64,000 nt of DNA from a virus. The position numbers and the translations under genes are program-made. Position 1 is the stretch's first letter, and each line of letters opens with the position of its first letter. The stretch lies in the IMG/VR virus record IMGVR_UViG_3300042691_027609. One strand, given 5' to 3'. The notes below the pieces were generated by a model that was not told where the DNA came from, did no database searches, and was given only the letters and a program-made list of their open reading frames with translations. Below, piece after piece: positions 1 through 7,965 of this stretch.

Positions 1-1
1 C

Positions 2-451
2 TGCACTTCAAATTCAGAAAACATGAACGAGCATGAAATACACATTGAACTTTCTAAATCTAATATCCCAGCCAGAGCAATCTCTCTAATGTGGAATCAA
101 CGCTCAGTGGATACATTCCTTGGTTTACCATTCAACATAGCAAGTTATGGTTTGTTGTTAGAGATTATAGCTAAGGAAGTGAATATGGTTCCTGATGAAC
201 TGATTGGTAACTTAGGCGATGTACATTTGTATTCAAATCATATTGAACAGGCTAAGGAGCAGATTAGTAGAGAGTCGTTTGAGTTACCAACCGTAACTGT
301 AAATGAAAGGAATTGGTATTTACATGAGAAAGTAAAAGAGCATTTAGGCGAGAAGACTTTTACTGAGAAGATAGAAAGTTACAGACCTGAGGATTTCATA
401 ATAAATAACTATCAATCGCACCCATCAATTAAAGCAACACTAAGTAATTAA
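2..451 (+). CDS. thyA: Thymidylate synthase, C-terminal part (5' truncated by window edge)
   Basis: Motifs LMWNQRSVDTFLGLPFNIASY and GDVHLYSNH; frame is open from base 2, upstream of the ATG at 23. Confidence 0.95.
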   Translation, partial: CTSNSENMNEHEIHIELSKSNIPARAISLMWNQRSVDTFLGLPFNIASYGLLLEIIAKEVNMVPDELIGNLGDVHLYSNHIEQAKEQISRESFELPTVTVNERNWYLHEKVKEHLGEKTFTEKIESYRPEDFIINNYQSHPSIKATLSN

Positions 452-528
452 TTAATCTACACACTTTAAAAAAATATAACTATCTGTATATCGATCTTGA
501 TTATATTTAAACTATAAAAAATTATCTT

Positions 529-945
529 ATGATGGAGTTTTTCATTTTTTGGGCAGTTGTAGTAATACTTTGCGCAGCGCTTGTATACGTCAGTTATCAA
601 CATTTTATGCTATGCAAATTACGTAGAAAAGTAGATAAAGACTGGTCAGAAATATCACAAACAATAGAAAGATTGGATAATAAGCTCAAACAAATTCAAG
701 ATGCGATAATAGATACAGAGGATAGAGTTGAACAAGTTAGAGAAGATCAGATTACAACCAGAAGGGAAGCAGATCATGTATCACTTAGCGTGCATAAAAC
801 AATAGAAGATTTAGTAAAAAAACAAAATACATACCCAATACAAACAACATTAGAAGCCAGTGATTCTATCAACGTTACTAATTATTCTGATAACAAAGCT
901 AAGAAAGTTGCCAAAATGTCATCTAAAAAGAAAAAAAGTCAATAA
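529..945 (+). CDS. Membrane-anchored coiled-coil protein
   Basis: N-terminal hydrophobic helix followed by heptad-rich segment. Confidence 0.7.
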   Translation: MMEFFIFWAVVVILCAALVYVSYQHFMLCKLRRKVDKDWSEISQTIERLDNKLKQIQDAIIDTEDRVEQVREDQITTRREADHVSLSVHKTIEDLVKKQNTYPIQTTLEASDSINVTNYSDNKAKKVAKMSSKKKKSQ

Positions 946-948
946 GAT

Positions 949-2031
949 ATGAATATAAAAGTTGCGTTAACGTACGACGACATTCAACTCGTTCCTAAAT
1001 ATAGTGAAATAACGAGTAGAAAAAATGTAAATCTCTGTACTCTCTTTACAAAACGTTATGGTATACTTAGACCATTCGTCGCAGCTCCGATGGATACAGT
1101 CTGTGAATCAGATATGGCCATTGAAATGATGCGTCAAGGCGGTGTGGGTGTCATACATAGATTTATGACTATTGAACAACAAGTTGAGCATGTAAAGAAA
1201 GTGCACGAATACAAAAACATGTCGATCAATAATGAACCAACAATGTATGAGAATTGGGGAGTTATGTACGACGATTGGCATGGAGAAATCAAAGACATAC
1301 CAGTTTGTGCAGCAGTTGGAGCCAACGGAGATTTTTATGAAAGATCTAAAGCATTGATTGAAGCGGGAGCAAATGTTATTCTCATAGATGTGGCACACGG
1401 TCATCACGAAAATGTAAAGCAGGCAATTGGCATGGTAAAAAGCATTGATCCATATATTGACGTTATCGCAGGAAACATTGCAACTGCAGATGCCGCAGAC
1501 GATCTTATCGAATGGGGTGCTGATGCTTTACGTGTGGGTGTGGGTGGAGGATCTTTGTGTACAACGCGTATCAAGACTGGATTTGGTGTGCCTAATGTAA
1601 CGTGTTTAAATGAGATTTGCGCTGTGTCAACAAAACCTGTTATTGCAGACGGAGGAATCAGAACGAGCGGAGATATTGCCAAAGCCATAGCTCTCGGAGC
1701 AGATACAGTGATGTTGGGATCTATATTAGCTGGAACAGAAGAAGCTCCTGGTCAAATCATAGAAAAACCTAGCGGCTTATACAAAAGATATAGAGGCGCT
1801 GCATCACTTGAAACTAAGATGACTCACGGACAATCAGCAAGAAATATTGAAGGCGAGAGCACAGTCATACCTTACAAAGGCGGAGTTAAGTATATTATTG
1901 AGTCAGTAACAGACGGATTAAGATCAGCATTCTCATACGCAGGAGCTAAGAGCTTTAGAGAATACAAACCAGAAATTGTACAAGTGACAGGCGCAGGTCA
2001 AAACGAAGCTAAACCACACCTAATAGCATGA
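949..2031 (+). CDS. guaB: IMP dehydrogenase / GMP reductase family protein, no CBS domains
   Basis: ALTYDDIQLVP, AAPMDTV, IDVAHGH, catalytic loop GGGSLCTTR, IADGGI, VMLGS, YRG motifs. Confidence 0.9.
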   Translation: MNIKVALTYDDIQLVPKYSEITSRKNVNLCTLFTKRYGILRPFVAAPMDTVCESDMAIEMMRQGGVGVIHRFMTIEQQVEHVKKVHEYKNMSINNEPTMYENWGVMYDDWHGEIKDIPVCAAVGANGDFYERSKALIEAGANVILIDVAHGHHENVKQAIGMVKSIDPYIDVIAGNIATADAADDLIEWGADALRVGVGGGSLCTTRIKTGFGVPNVTCLNEICAVSTKPVIADGGIRTSGDIAKAIALGADTVMLGSILAGTEEAPGQIIEKPSGLYKRYRGAASLETKMTHGQSARNIEGESTVIPYKGGVKYIIESVTDGLRSAFSYAGAKSFREYKPEIVQVTGAGQNEAKPHLIA

Positions 2032-2228
2032 TGCTAGAATTTAGAAATCCCATACATGTTGTAGTCAAAGATACAAACGAAGAAGGATTCGCTATATACG
2101 TTAGAGATAACGGAACCTTTGAGAACGACGTTTGGTGTGTAGTCTTAAAAGATAAAGGCATAATTAGACACTACTTGTCAAATCAAATAGTTGTCTACCA
2201 AAATTTAACTTTTGGAATTAAGAAATAA
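2028..2228 (+). CDS. Hypothetical phage protein
   Basis: ORF overlapping the upstream stop (ATGA coupling). Confidence 0.7.
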   Translation: MMLEFRNPIHVVVKDTNEEGFAIYVRDNGTFENDVWCVVLKDKGIIRHYLSNQIVVYQNLTFGIKK

Positions 2229-2258
2229 AAAGTTTATATTAATTAAAAAATAAAGAGT

Positions 2259-2495
2259 ATGAAATGCATCAGAGCTGTTAAAGCAACCAAACAAACCAAA
2301 ATTGGAGAATTAAAAAGACTATCTGATAAAGAAGCAGACTTAGCCACAAAAGGCGGATATTGGCAGTATGTGCCGAAATCAGAGTGGAAATACCTCAACA
2401 AAAAGAAAGTAGAAGAAGAGAAACAATCGGTTTCAATCAATGTAGAAACAACAGAACAATCTAATAAACCGAATAAAAAACAAAAAAGCAAATGA
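2259..2495 (+). CDS. Hypothetical basic protein
   Basis: Tightly packed ORF with A-rich start context. Confidence 0.7.
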   Translation: MKCIRAVKATKQTKIGELKRLSDKEADLATKGGYWQYVPKSEWKYLNKKKVEEEKQSVSINVETTEQSNKPNKKQKSK

Positions 2496-2779
2496 AACTC
2501 GTAACATTCCCAGAACAAATACACTGGACAGAAACAAGAGAGTTCACAATATTAGATGATCAAGGACAAGAGCAACCAATAAGAATTATCGAAAGTACAA
2601 ATGGCATCAATGTATTCACGAAGAAGGCTGGTATATGGTACCAATCAGATGATACAAAACTAATAGATTGGATTCATAATGAATTAGAAAGCGAAGAGCT
2701 TAGATTGGACCTTGAACAAAGAGAAGAATACCAATTGAAAAAAGAAGCTGAAATAGATGATAGGAACTCTGATAAATAA
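2492..2779 (+). CDS. Hypothetical protein
   Basis: ATGA-coupled ORF. Confidence 0.7.
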   Translation: MKLVTFPEQIHWTETREFTILDDQGQEQPIRIIESTNGINVFTKKAGIWYQSDDTKLIDWIHNELESEELRLDLEQREEYQLKKEAEIDDRNSDK

Positions 2780-2963
2780 AAACAATAGCGTATACGTAAG
2801 ATACGTGCAACAATACGACGGTTACGTAATAAACACATACGACATAGAACTTCATCCGAAAGACAAAGATTTAAACTTGTTAGAAGGACAAACAGTTCAA
2901 TTCGATATGATATATGGAAACCCTCCAGCAGGAAAAAACTACGCAAAAATAAAAAAGAAATAA
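2757..2963 (+). CDS. Small beta-rich protein (paralog family with 4772 and 5357)
   Basis: Shared pattern G-x6/7-(W/Y)xV ... L/V-H-P/R ... V-x-F/Y ... A-K/L. Confidence 0.65.
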   Translation: MIGTLINKNNSVYVRYVQQYDGYVINTYDIELHPKDKDLNLLEGQTVQFDMIYGNPPAGKNYAKIKKK

Positions 2964-3194
2964 ATGATGGATAAAGTACAAACAAATACAAGCGAGTCGA
3001 TAGACTTATCACTCACAGAAAAAATAGAGACTAATCAAGAAAAACACATTTATACCGCTATAGAATCCAAACTAATTGAAACTCCAAAACCAAAGATGAG
3101 TATCGAAGAAAAGACAAACATACTCAATCAACTCAAATCACATGATTTATCTGATGCGACAAGAAACGCATTGATTAAAATGTTAAGCGAATAA
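2964..3194 (+). CDS. Hypothetical protein
   Basis: Abutting ORF in operon. Confidence 0.65.
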   Translation: MMDKVQTNTSESIDLSLTEKIETNQEKHIYTAIESKLIETPKPKMSIEEKTNILNQLKSHDLSDATRNALIKMLSE

Positions 3195-3197
3195 GTT

Positions 3198-3461
3198 ATG
3201 ACTGCATTAAAGATAGAATACGAAGTTTACTTACAAGAACTTCTCGAGAGATCTGCGCGATACTCATACGATGAAGACGGGCACATAGTCGCTGTAGTAC
3301 ACTTGATAACAAACCCACCGCTAAATTATTTGGATTGGTTAGACACCGAAATGCAAGACGCAATAGACCAAGAAGATTACGAGTATGCCGCAAAAATAAG
3401 AGACGAGATTATCTACTTGAAACTTTACACCGTAGAAGAATTTGAAAGGTATTTGGCTTAG
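3198..3461 (+). CDS. UvrB/UvrC (UVR) coiled-coil motif protein
   Basis: MQDAIDQEDYEYAAKIRDEI matches the UVR consensus. Confidence 0.75.
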   Translation: MTALKIEYEVYLQELLERSARYSYDEDGHIVAVVHLITNPPLNYLDWLDTEMQDAIDQEDYEYAAKIRDEIIYLKLYTVEEFERYLA

Positions 3462-3492
3462 AAAATAAATTTTTTGGCCATCCTATAGTTTA

Positions 3493-3500
3493 GTATATTA
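3493..3500 (+). promoter_or_regulatory. Putative early promoter core GTATATT(A/T); also at 7902, 11370, 12763, 13911
   Basis: Same motif in intergenic gaps 17-57 nt upstream of start codons; resembles the Bacteroidota -7 element TAnnTTTG. Confidence 0.55.
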
Positions 3501-3527
3501 GATTATAAACCTAATAAACAATACATT

Positions 3528-3800
3528 ATGCCTAGTACCAAAAAATTATCGTCGGAAGAAAAAACTAAGATTGAAAAAATTAAGATTATCAACGACGCTC
3601 AACTCTTGAAACTTAACGAGATAGCGTCAAGAGTATCGGACATTAGACGCACCCTACAAGATCTCAAAGGAGAAGACAACATCAGTTCGATTTTATATGA
3701 TATCGGTCAATGCGCTACACTAGCAGATTGGTCTGAAGATGCATTATACGAAATAGTAAATTCTTACGAAGAAGAAGAAAATGATAACGATTGGCAATAA
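3528..3800 (+). CDS. Hypothetical helical protein
   Basis: ORF downstream of promoter motif. Confidence 0.7.
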   Translation: MPSTKKLSSEEKTKIEKIKIINDAQLLKLNEIASRVSDIRRTLQDLKGEDNISSILYDIGQCATLADWSEDALYEIVNSYEEEENDNDWQ

Positions 3801-3806
3801 AAAGAA

Positions 3807-3995
3807 ATGAATACTAGAATAGTAACAAATAATTACATAAGACTGGAGCTCATCAACAGACAAGTCATTTGGATAAACAAAACGCTTGTTGAGAGTGTAC
3901 AAAAAACAGGCGATACATGCCTCATAAACATGTTCAGCGGCAAATCATATAGCGCATCAGAAAGCGTTGAAGTCGTATTAGAAAAAATAAGATAG
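3807..3995 (+). CDS. FlbD/SwrD-like small protein
   Basis: IRLELINRQVIWINKTLVESV...DTCLINMFSGKSYSASESVEVVLEKI follows the FlbD family pattern. Confidence 0.65.
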   Translation: MNTRIVTNNYIRLELINRQVIWINKTLVESVQKTGDTCLINMFSGKSYSASESVEVVLEKIR

Positions 3996-4009
3996 ATTAA
4001 ATAAAGGTT

Positions 4010-4525
4010 ATGAAATTAAAATACATCAAAGAAGATCTCAGATTCGTAAAAGCTCTGTTCAGTCCGTTCAAACCGTTTGGACTAAGTTTTTATTTCGGCA
4101 AAGTTGCCATAGGTACGCCGTATTTTTTACCGAGGAAATGGGTTAAAAATAAAGATAAACCGTGGTATCTCAAAGCAATCCCGCGTAAGTTCGGATTTGA
4201 CTTCGTTCGGTTAGGATGGAAAACAAAATGGAGTGAAAAAGATTTTAGATTTGAATGGGCACCGATGATATCTTTTGTTTGTTTTAACAGACAATTTGTA
4301 ATATCTGTTAGAGCACCTCATCAACATCATTATTGGGAAGCTTGGTTATATTACGAGTACTGTACTGATCACCGTCTACCAAAATGGTTGAGACTTAGAC
4401 ACTGCAGAGAGAACTTCCCAATAACATGGACAGTTTACCACAAGTCAAAAGAGACGTGGGAGACAGATAGAGAAGAGACTATAGATTATTACACCAAGAT
4501 AATTAAACCTAAATACTTAGTATAA
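4010..4525 (+). CDS. Hypothetical aromatic-rich protein
   Basis: 171-aa ORF with AAAGGTTATG start context. Confidence 0.75.
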   Translation: MKLKYIKEDLRFVKALFSPFKPFGLSFYFGKVAIGTPYFLPRKWVKNKDKPWYLKAIPRKFGFDFVRLGWKTKWSEKDFRFEWAPMISFVCFNRQFVISVRAPHQHHYWEAWLYYEYCTDHRLPKWLRLRHCRENFPITWTVYHKSKETWETDREETIDYYTKIIKPKYLV

Positions 4526-4526
4526 C

Positions 4527-4775
4527 ATGGCAAAAGCAACATTGGAATACGATCTCAATGATCCTGACGATATCATGGCACATATGAGAGCTGTAAAATC
4601 CCTTGATATGGCATTAGTGCTTTGGGAAATGGCATACAATGCAAAGAAAAGCATTCAGTACGATATAGAAGGAAAGAAAATAGAAGATCCATACGAAGCA
4701 ATCAATATGGTATTTGAAAAGCTTCACGAAGAACTGAACGATCGAGGCATTAACTTAGACGATTTGGTGGCATGA
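4527..4775 (+). CDS. Hypothetical phage protein
   Basis: Packed ORF starting MAKATLEYDL. Confidence 0.75.
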   Translation: MAKATLEYDLNDPDDIMAHMRAVKSLDMALVLWEMAYNAKKSIQYDIEGKKIEDPYEAINMVFEKLHEELNDRGINLDDLVA

Positions 4776-5020
4776 CGCAAGGTAAAATTACATACGACAA
4801 AGGAACATGGCAAGTAGAAACTAAAAACGGACCACTGCCAGTACACAGAAGTTGTTTGCCCGACTTGACCGAAGATCTCGATGGTAAAACAGTTGATTAC
4901 GCAACATTAAAAGACTTTACATCAAATAAACAAGGAGTAGATTATGCACTACCGATATTACAAGATCCAGATTCGATCTTTCTTCCGACAGATAATAATA
5001 GGGATAAAAAACCTGATTAA
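4772..5020 (+). CDS. Small beta-rich protein (paralog family)
   Basis: Similarity to 2757 and 5357 products. Confidence 0.6.
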   Translation: MTQGKITYDKGTWQVETKNGPLPVHRSCLPDLTEDLDGKTVDYATLKDFTSNKQGVDYALPILQDPDSIFLPTDNNRDKKPD

Positions 5021-5345
5021 ATGGGCTCCCACCATTTGGAGAGACAGGGATTTTGATCACGCATTCTTGGAGTACATGATGCACAAGAAGATGGTCAACA
5101 TGTACAACTTCTTCATATCCGAAGATGCAGTCACCAATTGGGATACGGCTGAGGGACAAAAGGCACTCAAAGCCCTCAAGATATGCATAACCATATTAGA
5201 GAGGCGCAACAACAGTTTCTATGTGGACCTTGTCGACGACGATATGTCGTTTAAACAGTTAGACATGATCTATAACGTAGAAGCAAGAGATGAGAAGATA
5301 TTGGGAGCCTTGATCGGCAAGTACATTAGTTGGTGGTGGGATTAA
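4944..5345 (+). CDS. Hypothetical phage protein
   Basis: IWRDRDFDH ... C-terminal WWD pattern; packed ORF. Confidence 0.7.
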   Translation: MHYRYYKIQIRSFFRQIIIGIKNLIKWAPTIWRDRDFDHAFLEYMMHKKMVNMYNFFISEDAVTNWDTAEGQKALKALKICITILERRNNSFYVDLVDDDMSFKQLDMIYNVEARDEKILGALIGKYISWWWD

Positions 5346-5356
5346 AACAATAAGTT

Positions 5357-5599
5357 ATGAAAGGAAAAATGATCAAGAAAGAAAACGTTTGGTACGTAAC
5401 TAGACTCGAAGAAAACGAATGGGAGACATACTATCCATTGCACCCTCACGATGTAGAACAGATCAAAGAGGTTTCCCAACGATTTGACAACATAGACGCA
5501 CGCATAGCTGCGTATCCCGATGTTGAGTTTGAGATATACGACTGGTGGGAAACAGGACTGGAGGAAGTTATCAAAGTGGCCAAATTAGTAAAACAATAA
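5357..5599 (+). CDS. Small beta-rich protein (paralog family)
   Basis: MKGKMIKKENVWYV...YPLHPHD...VEFEI...VAKL. Confidence 0.7.
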   Translation: MKGKMIKKENVWYVTRLEENEWETYYPLHPHDVEQIKEVSQRFDNIDARIAAYPDVEFEIYDWWETGLEEVIKVAKLVKQ

Positions 5600-5608
5600 A
5601 CACACAAT

Positions 5609-5704
5609 ATGCAGTACGTAGCAGGAATAGCAATACTATTTGTATTTGCAGTCGCAATCTATTCAATAATAGACATGATCAGACAGATATCAAAACTAAA
5701 GTAA
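5609..5704 (+). CDS. 31-aa single-TM peptide (not in ORF track)
   Basis: MQYVAGIAILFVFAVAIYSIIDMIRQISKLK fills the gap between neighbouring genes. Confidence 0.6.
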   Translation: MQYVAGIAILFVFAVAIYSIIDMIRQISKLK

Positions 5705-5710
5705 TAAACC

Positions 5711-5947
5711 ATGACAGTGAAAGAACTAATAGACACTCTTCAACAGTTGGATCCAGAACTTCACGTGTTCACAAGGGGATACGAGAGCGGACTAGAATAT
5801 GTAAACCGTCCAGAGAAGACCGTAGAAGTGGTGCTCGATTACTACAACAGCGAAGAGTGGTGGTACGGACCGCACGAAGTGGCAAAGAACATCGACACAA
5901 GAGACGACGTATCGATGCACAAAACGGTCAAAGGCATAGTATTATAA
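5711..5947 (+). CDS. Hypothetical phage protein (MTVKELI-type)
   Basis: MTVKELIDTLQQLDPELHV...GYESG. Confidence 0.75.
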   Translation: MTVKELIDTLQQLDPELHVFTRGYESGLEYVNRPEKTVEVVLDYYNSEEWWYGPHEVAKNIDTRDDVSMHKTVKGIVL

Positions 5948-5952
5948 TCGTG

Positions 5953-5963
5953 CCCCCCCCCCC
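5953..5963. repeat. C11 homopolymer tract
   Basis: 11 consecutive C in an intergenic gap. Confidence 0.9.
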
Positions 5964-5987
5964 AAGCGTAAAACAAAAGCAAACACA

Positions 5988-6434
5988 ATGTCAGTACAAG
6001 ATCAAGTAGACAATCCGATGTGGTTCGATACAAGCGTAATCAACCAAGACTTCACGAGGGGTTACTGCCAAGCAGTGTACCAAATGAGGTTGAAGTTGAC
6101 CTCAATGGACCAAGAGCCGAAAGAGATCAGAGAGTACACAGAATACATGATAGAGGAGCTAAACAATAAAAAAAATAGAAATACTATGACAGCAGTAGAA
6201 TGGTTAATAGAACAATGCCCAAGAATAAACACAATAGCATCAATTGAATTGATTGAACAAGCCAAAGAAATGGAACAAGAACAGATGATAAAGTTTGCAG
6301 AGTTCGTAGCATCGTATCCAGATAAAAATAGAAATGCATACGGTGAACGGTTACACGCTAAATCAAAATACGATGGTGCCGAACGAACTGTTGACTTACT
6401 AGAACAATACTACAACGAAACGTATGGAAAATAA
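5988..6434 (+). CDS. Hypothetical protein; C-terminal part (from ATG 6186) is a TAVEWL-family module
   Basis: Internal MTAVEWLIEQ...IEQAKEMEQEQ paralogous to the 6424 ORF. Confidence 0.7.
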   Translation: MSVQDQVDNPMWFDTSVINQDFTRGYCQAVYQMRLKLTSMDQEPKEIREYTEYMIEELNNKKNRNTMTAVEWLIEQCPRINTIASIELIEQAKEMEQEQMIKFAEFVASYPDKNRNAYGERLHAKSKYDGAERTVDLLEQYYNETYGK

Positions 6435-6741
6435 ACAAACAGCAGTAGACTACCTCATAGAACAGTTACAAGCACCGTGTAGAGGCATTCCGTCCCACAT
6501 CATCGAGGAAGCCAAGCGCATCGAACAAGAACAGCGCACCGTCCCGCCCCAAGACGAATTGGACCAAGTAAGACAGGCCAAGGACCGCCACGTAAAGCAA
6601 CAGAACTACATGATCGCCACCCTGTACCGAGAGATAGAGAGGCTGCTATCAAAACACGCACAAACTGCAAGTTTTGCTAAAACCGGTAAGATGACCGAAG
6701 AGGAGTGGCAAGAGGCAGAAAGACAATCAAAAAAGAAATAA
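6424..6741 (+). CDS. TAVEWL-family hypothetical protein
   Basis: KQTAVDYLIEQL...IIEEAKRIEQEQ. Confidence 0.7.
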   Translation: MENKQTAVDYLIEQLQAPCRGIPSHIIEEAKRIEQEQRTVPPQDELDQVRQAKDRHVKQQNYMIATLYREIERLLSKHAQTASFAKTGKMTEEEWQEAERQSKKK

Positions 6742-6742
6742 C

Positions 6743-6973
6743 ATGACACCACAAGAAAAAGCCAAGCAATTAGTACAGAGATTCTACTTCTCACTGCCGA
6801 ACAACGGCAGCCAAACTGGCATCAACAGCGTACATGATAGATGGGCAGAGGGCAAGCAGTGTGCTCTGATAGCAGTAGACGAGATAATACAAGCCCACAT
6901 CCACAACGAAGGAGTTAGACACTTGAAATGGTGGCAAGAAGTAAAAGCCGAGATAGATAAGATAGCAGAGTAA
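6743..6973 (+). CDS. MTPxEKAK-family hypothetical protein
   Basis: MTPQEKAKQLV...CALIAVDEII...EVKAEI; paralog of 7187. Confidence 0.75.
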   Translation: MTPQEKAKQLVQRFYFSLPNNGSQTGINSVHDRWAEGKQCALIAVDEIIQAHIHNEGVRHLKWWQEVKAEIDKIAE

Positions 6974-7007
6974 GAAAGAATAAAGAATAATAATAATATA
7001 CCCAGAA

Positions 7008-7190
7008 ATGTACCAGATAGACCAGAACCAACTAGAAGATCCAAGACAGATAGAACTAAGCCGTATAACAAGACTGCTGAAGACAATAGAACAGGTAATA
7101 CCGGATGCAATAGCGAGAGAACACTACGAACTTGCAGCATCACTGACAGAAGCAAAGAGCCAATTAGAAAAAGAAATAGAAGAGATATGA
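7008..7190 (+). CDS. UVR-motif protein
   Basis: DAIAREHYELAASL resembles the UvrB/C motif. Confidence 0.6.
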   Translation: MYQIDQNQLEDPRQIELSRITRLLKTIEQVIPDAIAREHYELAASLTEAKSQLEKEIEEI

Positions 7191-7387
7191 CACCAAAAGA
7201 AAAAGCAAAAGAGTTAGTTTATAAATTTGATGATGCCATGGAGTTTGCTACACCACAAAGGTTTGCTAAAAAATGTGCATTAATAGCAGTAGACGAGATA
7301 TTACACGCTTTGGAATACAAAGACACAGCCAATCTTGAGGAATTGTGCTTTTACGAAGAAGTAAAACAAGAAATAGAAGAGTTATGA
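7187..7387 (+). CDS. MTPxEKAK-family hypothetical protein
   Basis: MTPKEKAKELV...CALIAVDEIL...EVKQEIEEL. Confidence 0.75.
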   Translation: MTPKEKAKELVYKFDDAMEFATPQRFAKKCALIAVDEILHALEYKDTANLEELCFYEEVKQEIEEL

Positions 7388-7584
7388 AACTAATATTAAA
7401 GACCAAACACATAGAACTGGAATACGCAGACGACTACTCTATGTTAGAAGCCCAAGCAAAAGACAGAATAGAGAGCCTGATCAAAACGATGTACGAGTAC
7501 GAAGCCAAAGCAAGCCCGATGGCGATACACCATGCGCCCGTAATAGGAACAGTAGAAGAGATATTCTGCAACAAAACAAAATAA
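7384..7584 (+). CDS. Hypothetical protein (start re-called at ATG 7384)
   Basis: ATGA overlap with upstream stop and GTTATG context. Confidence 0.65.
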   Translation: MKLILKTKHIELEYADDYSMLEAQAKDRIESLIKTMYEYEAKASPMAIHHAPVIGTVEEIFCNKTK

Positions 7585-7585
7585 C

Positions 7586-7661
7586 TGCCATTTTGTCACG
7601 AGCAGAGAAAAACTGACAACACGTACCGAAATCTTGACACAACGTCATATCGAATATGTCA
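7586..7661. promoter_or_regulatory. Array of imperfect TGACA-N3-TGTCA palindromes (putative operators)
   Basis: TGCCA-TTT-TGTCA (7586), TGACA-ACA-CGTAC (7614), TGACA-CAA-CGTCA (7635), half-site TGTCA (7657). Confidence 0.45.
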
Positions 7662-7965
7662 CGATAACACATAACAACAGCGCTGCATACAACCCGCCGC
7701 CATTTGATGCCCGCGTCTCGCACCACCCACACCCGTACACGGGACACCATGGATCTCCGTATTTCCATATTAAGATTGTCAATAATGCATAACCGATTGA
7801 AGTTCGGAAGCCACAATCCAAGCCTGTCCCTAACTGCTTGGTTCTCAATCAAGAATTTTTAAAAAAAGTCTATAAATATTTTTTAGTGTCAAAAAGTCGT
7901 CGTATATTTACCTTATATCAATCAAACAGCTGCTAAAACAGCTTAACAGTTAAAAAAAACATAAT

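Noticed and set aside
5545-6009. 154-aa + strand ORF
   Set aside because: Overlaps better ORFs (5609, 5711) and has atypical R/S-rich composition; shadow frame.
7481-7852. Minus-strand ORFs across the non-coding gap
   Set aside because: Opposite to local polarity, no start context, implausible composition.
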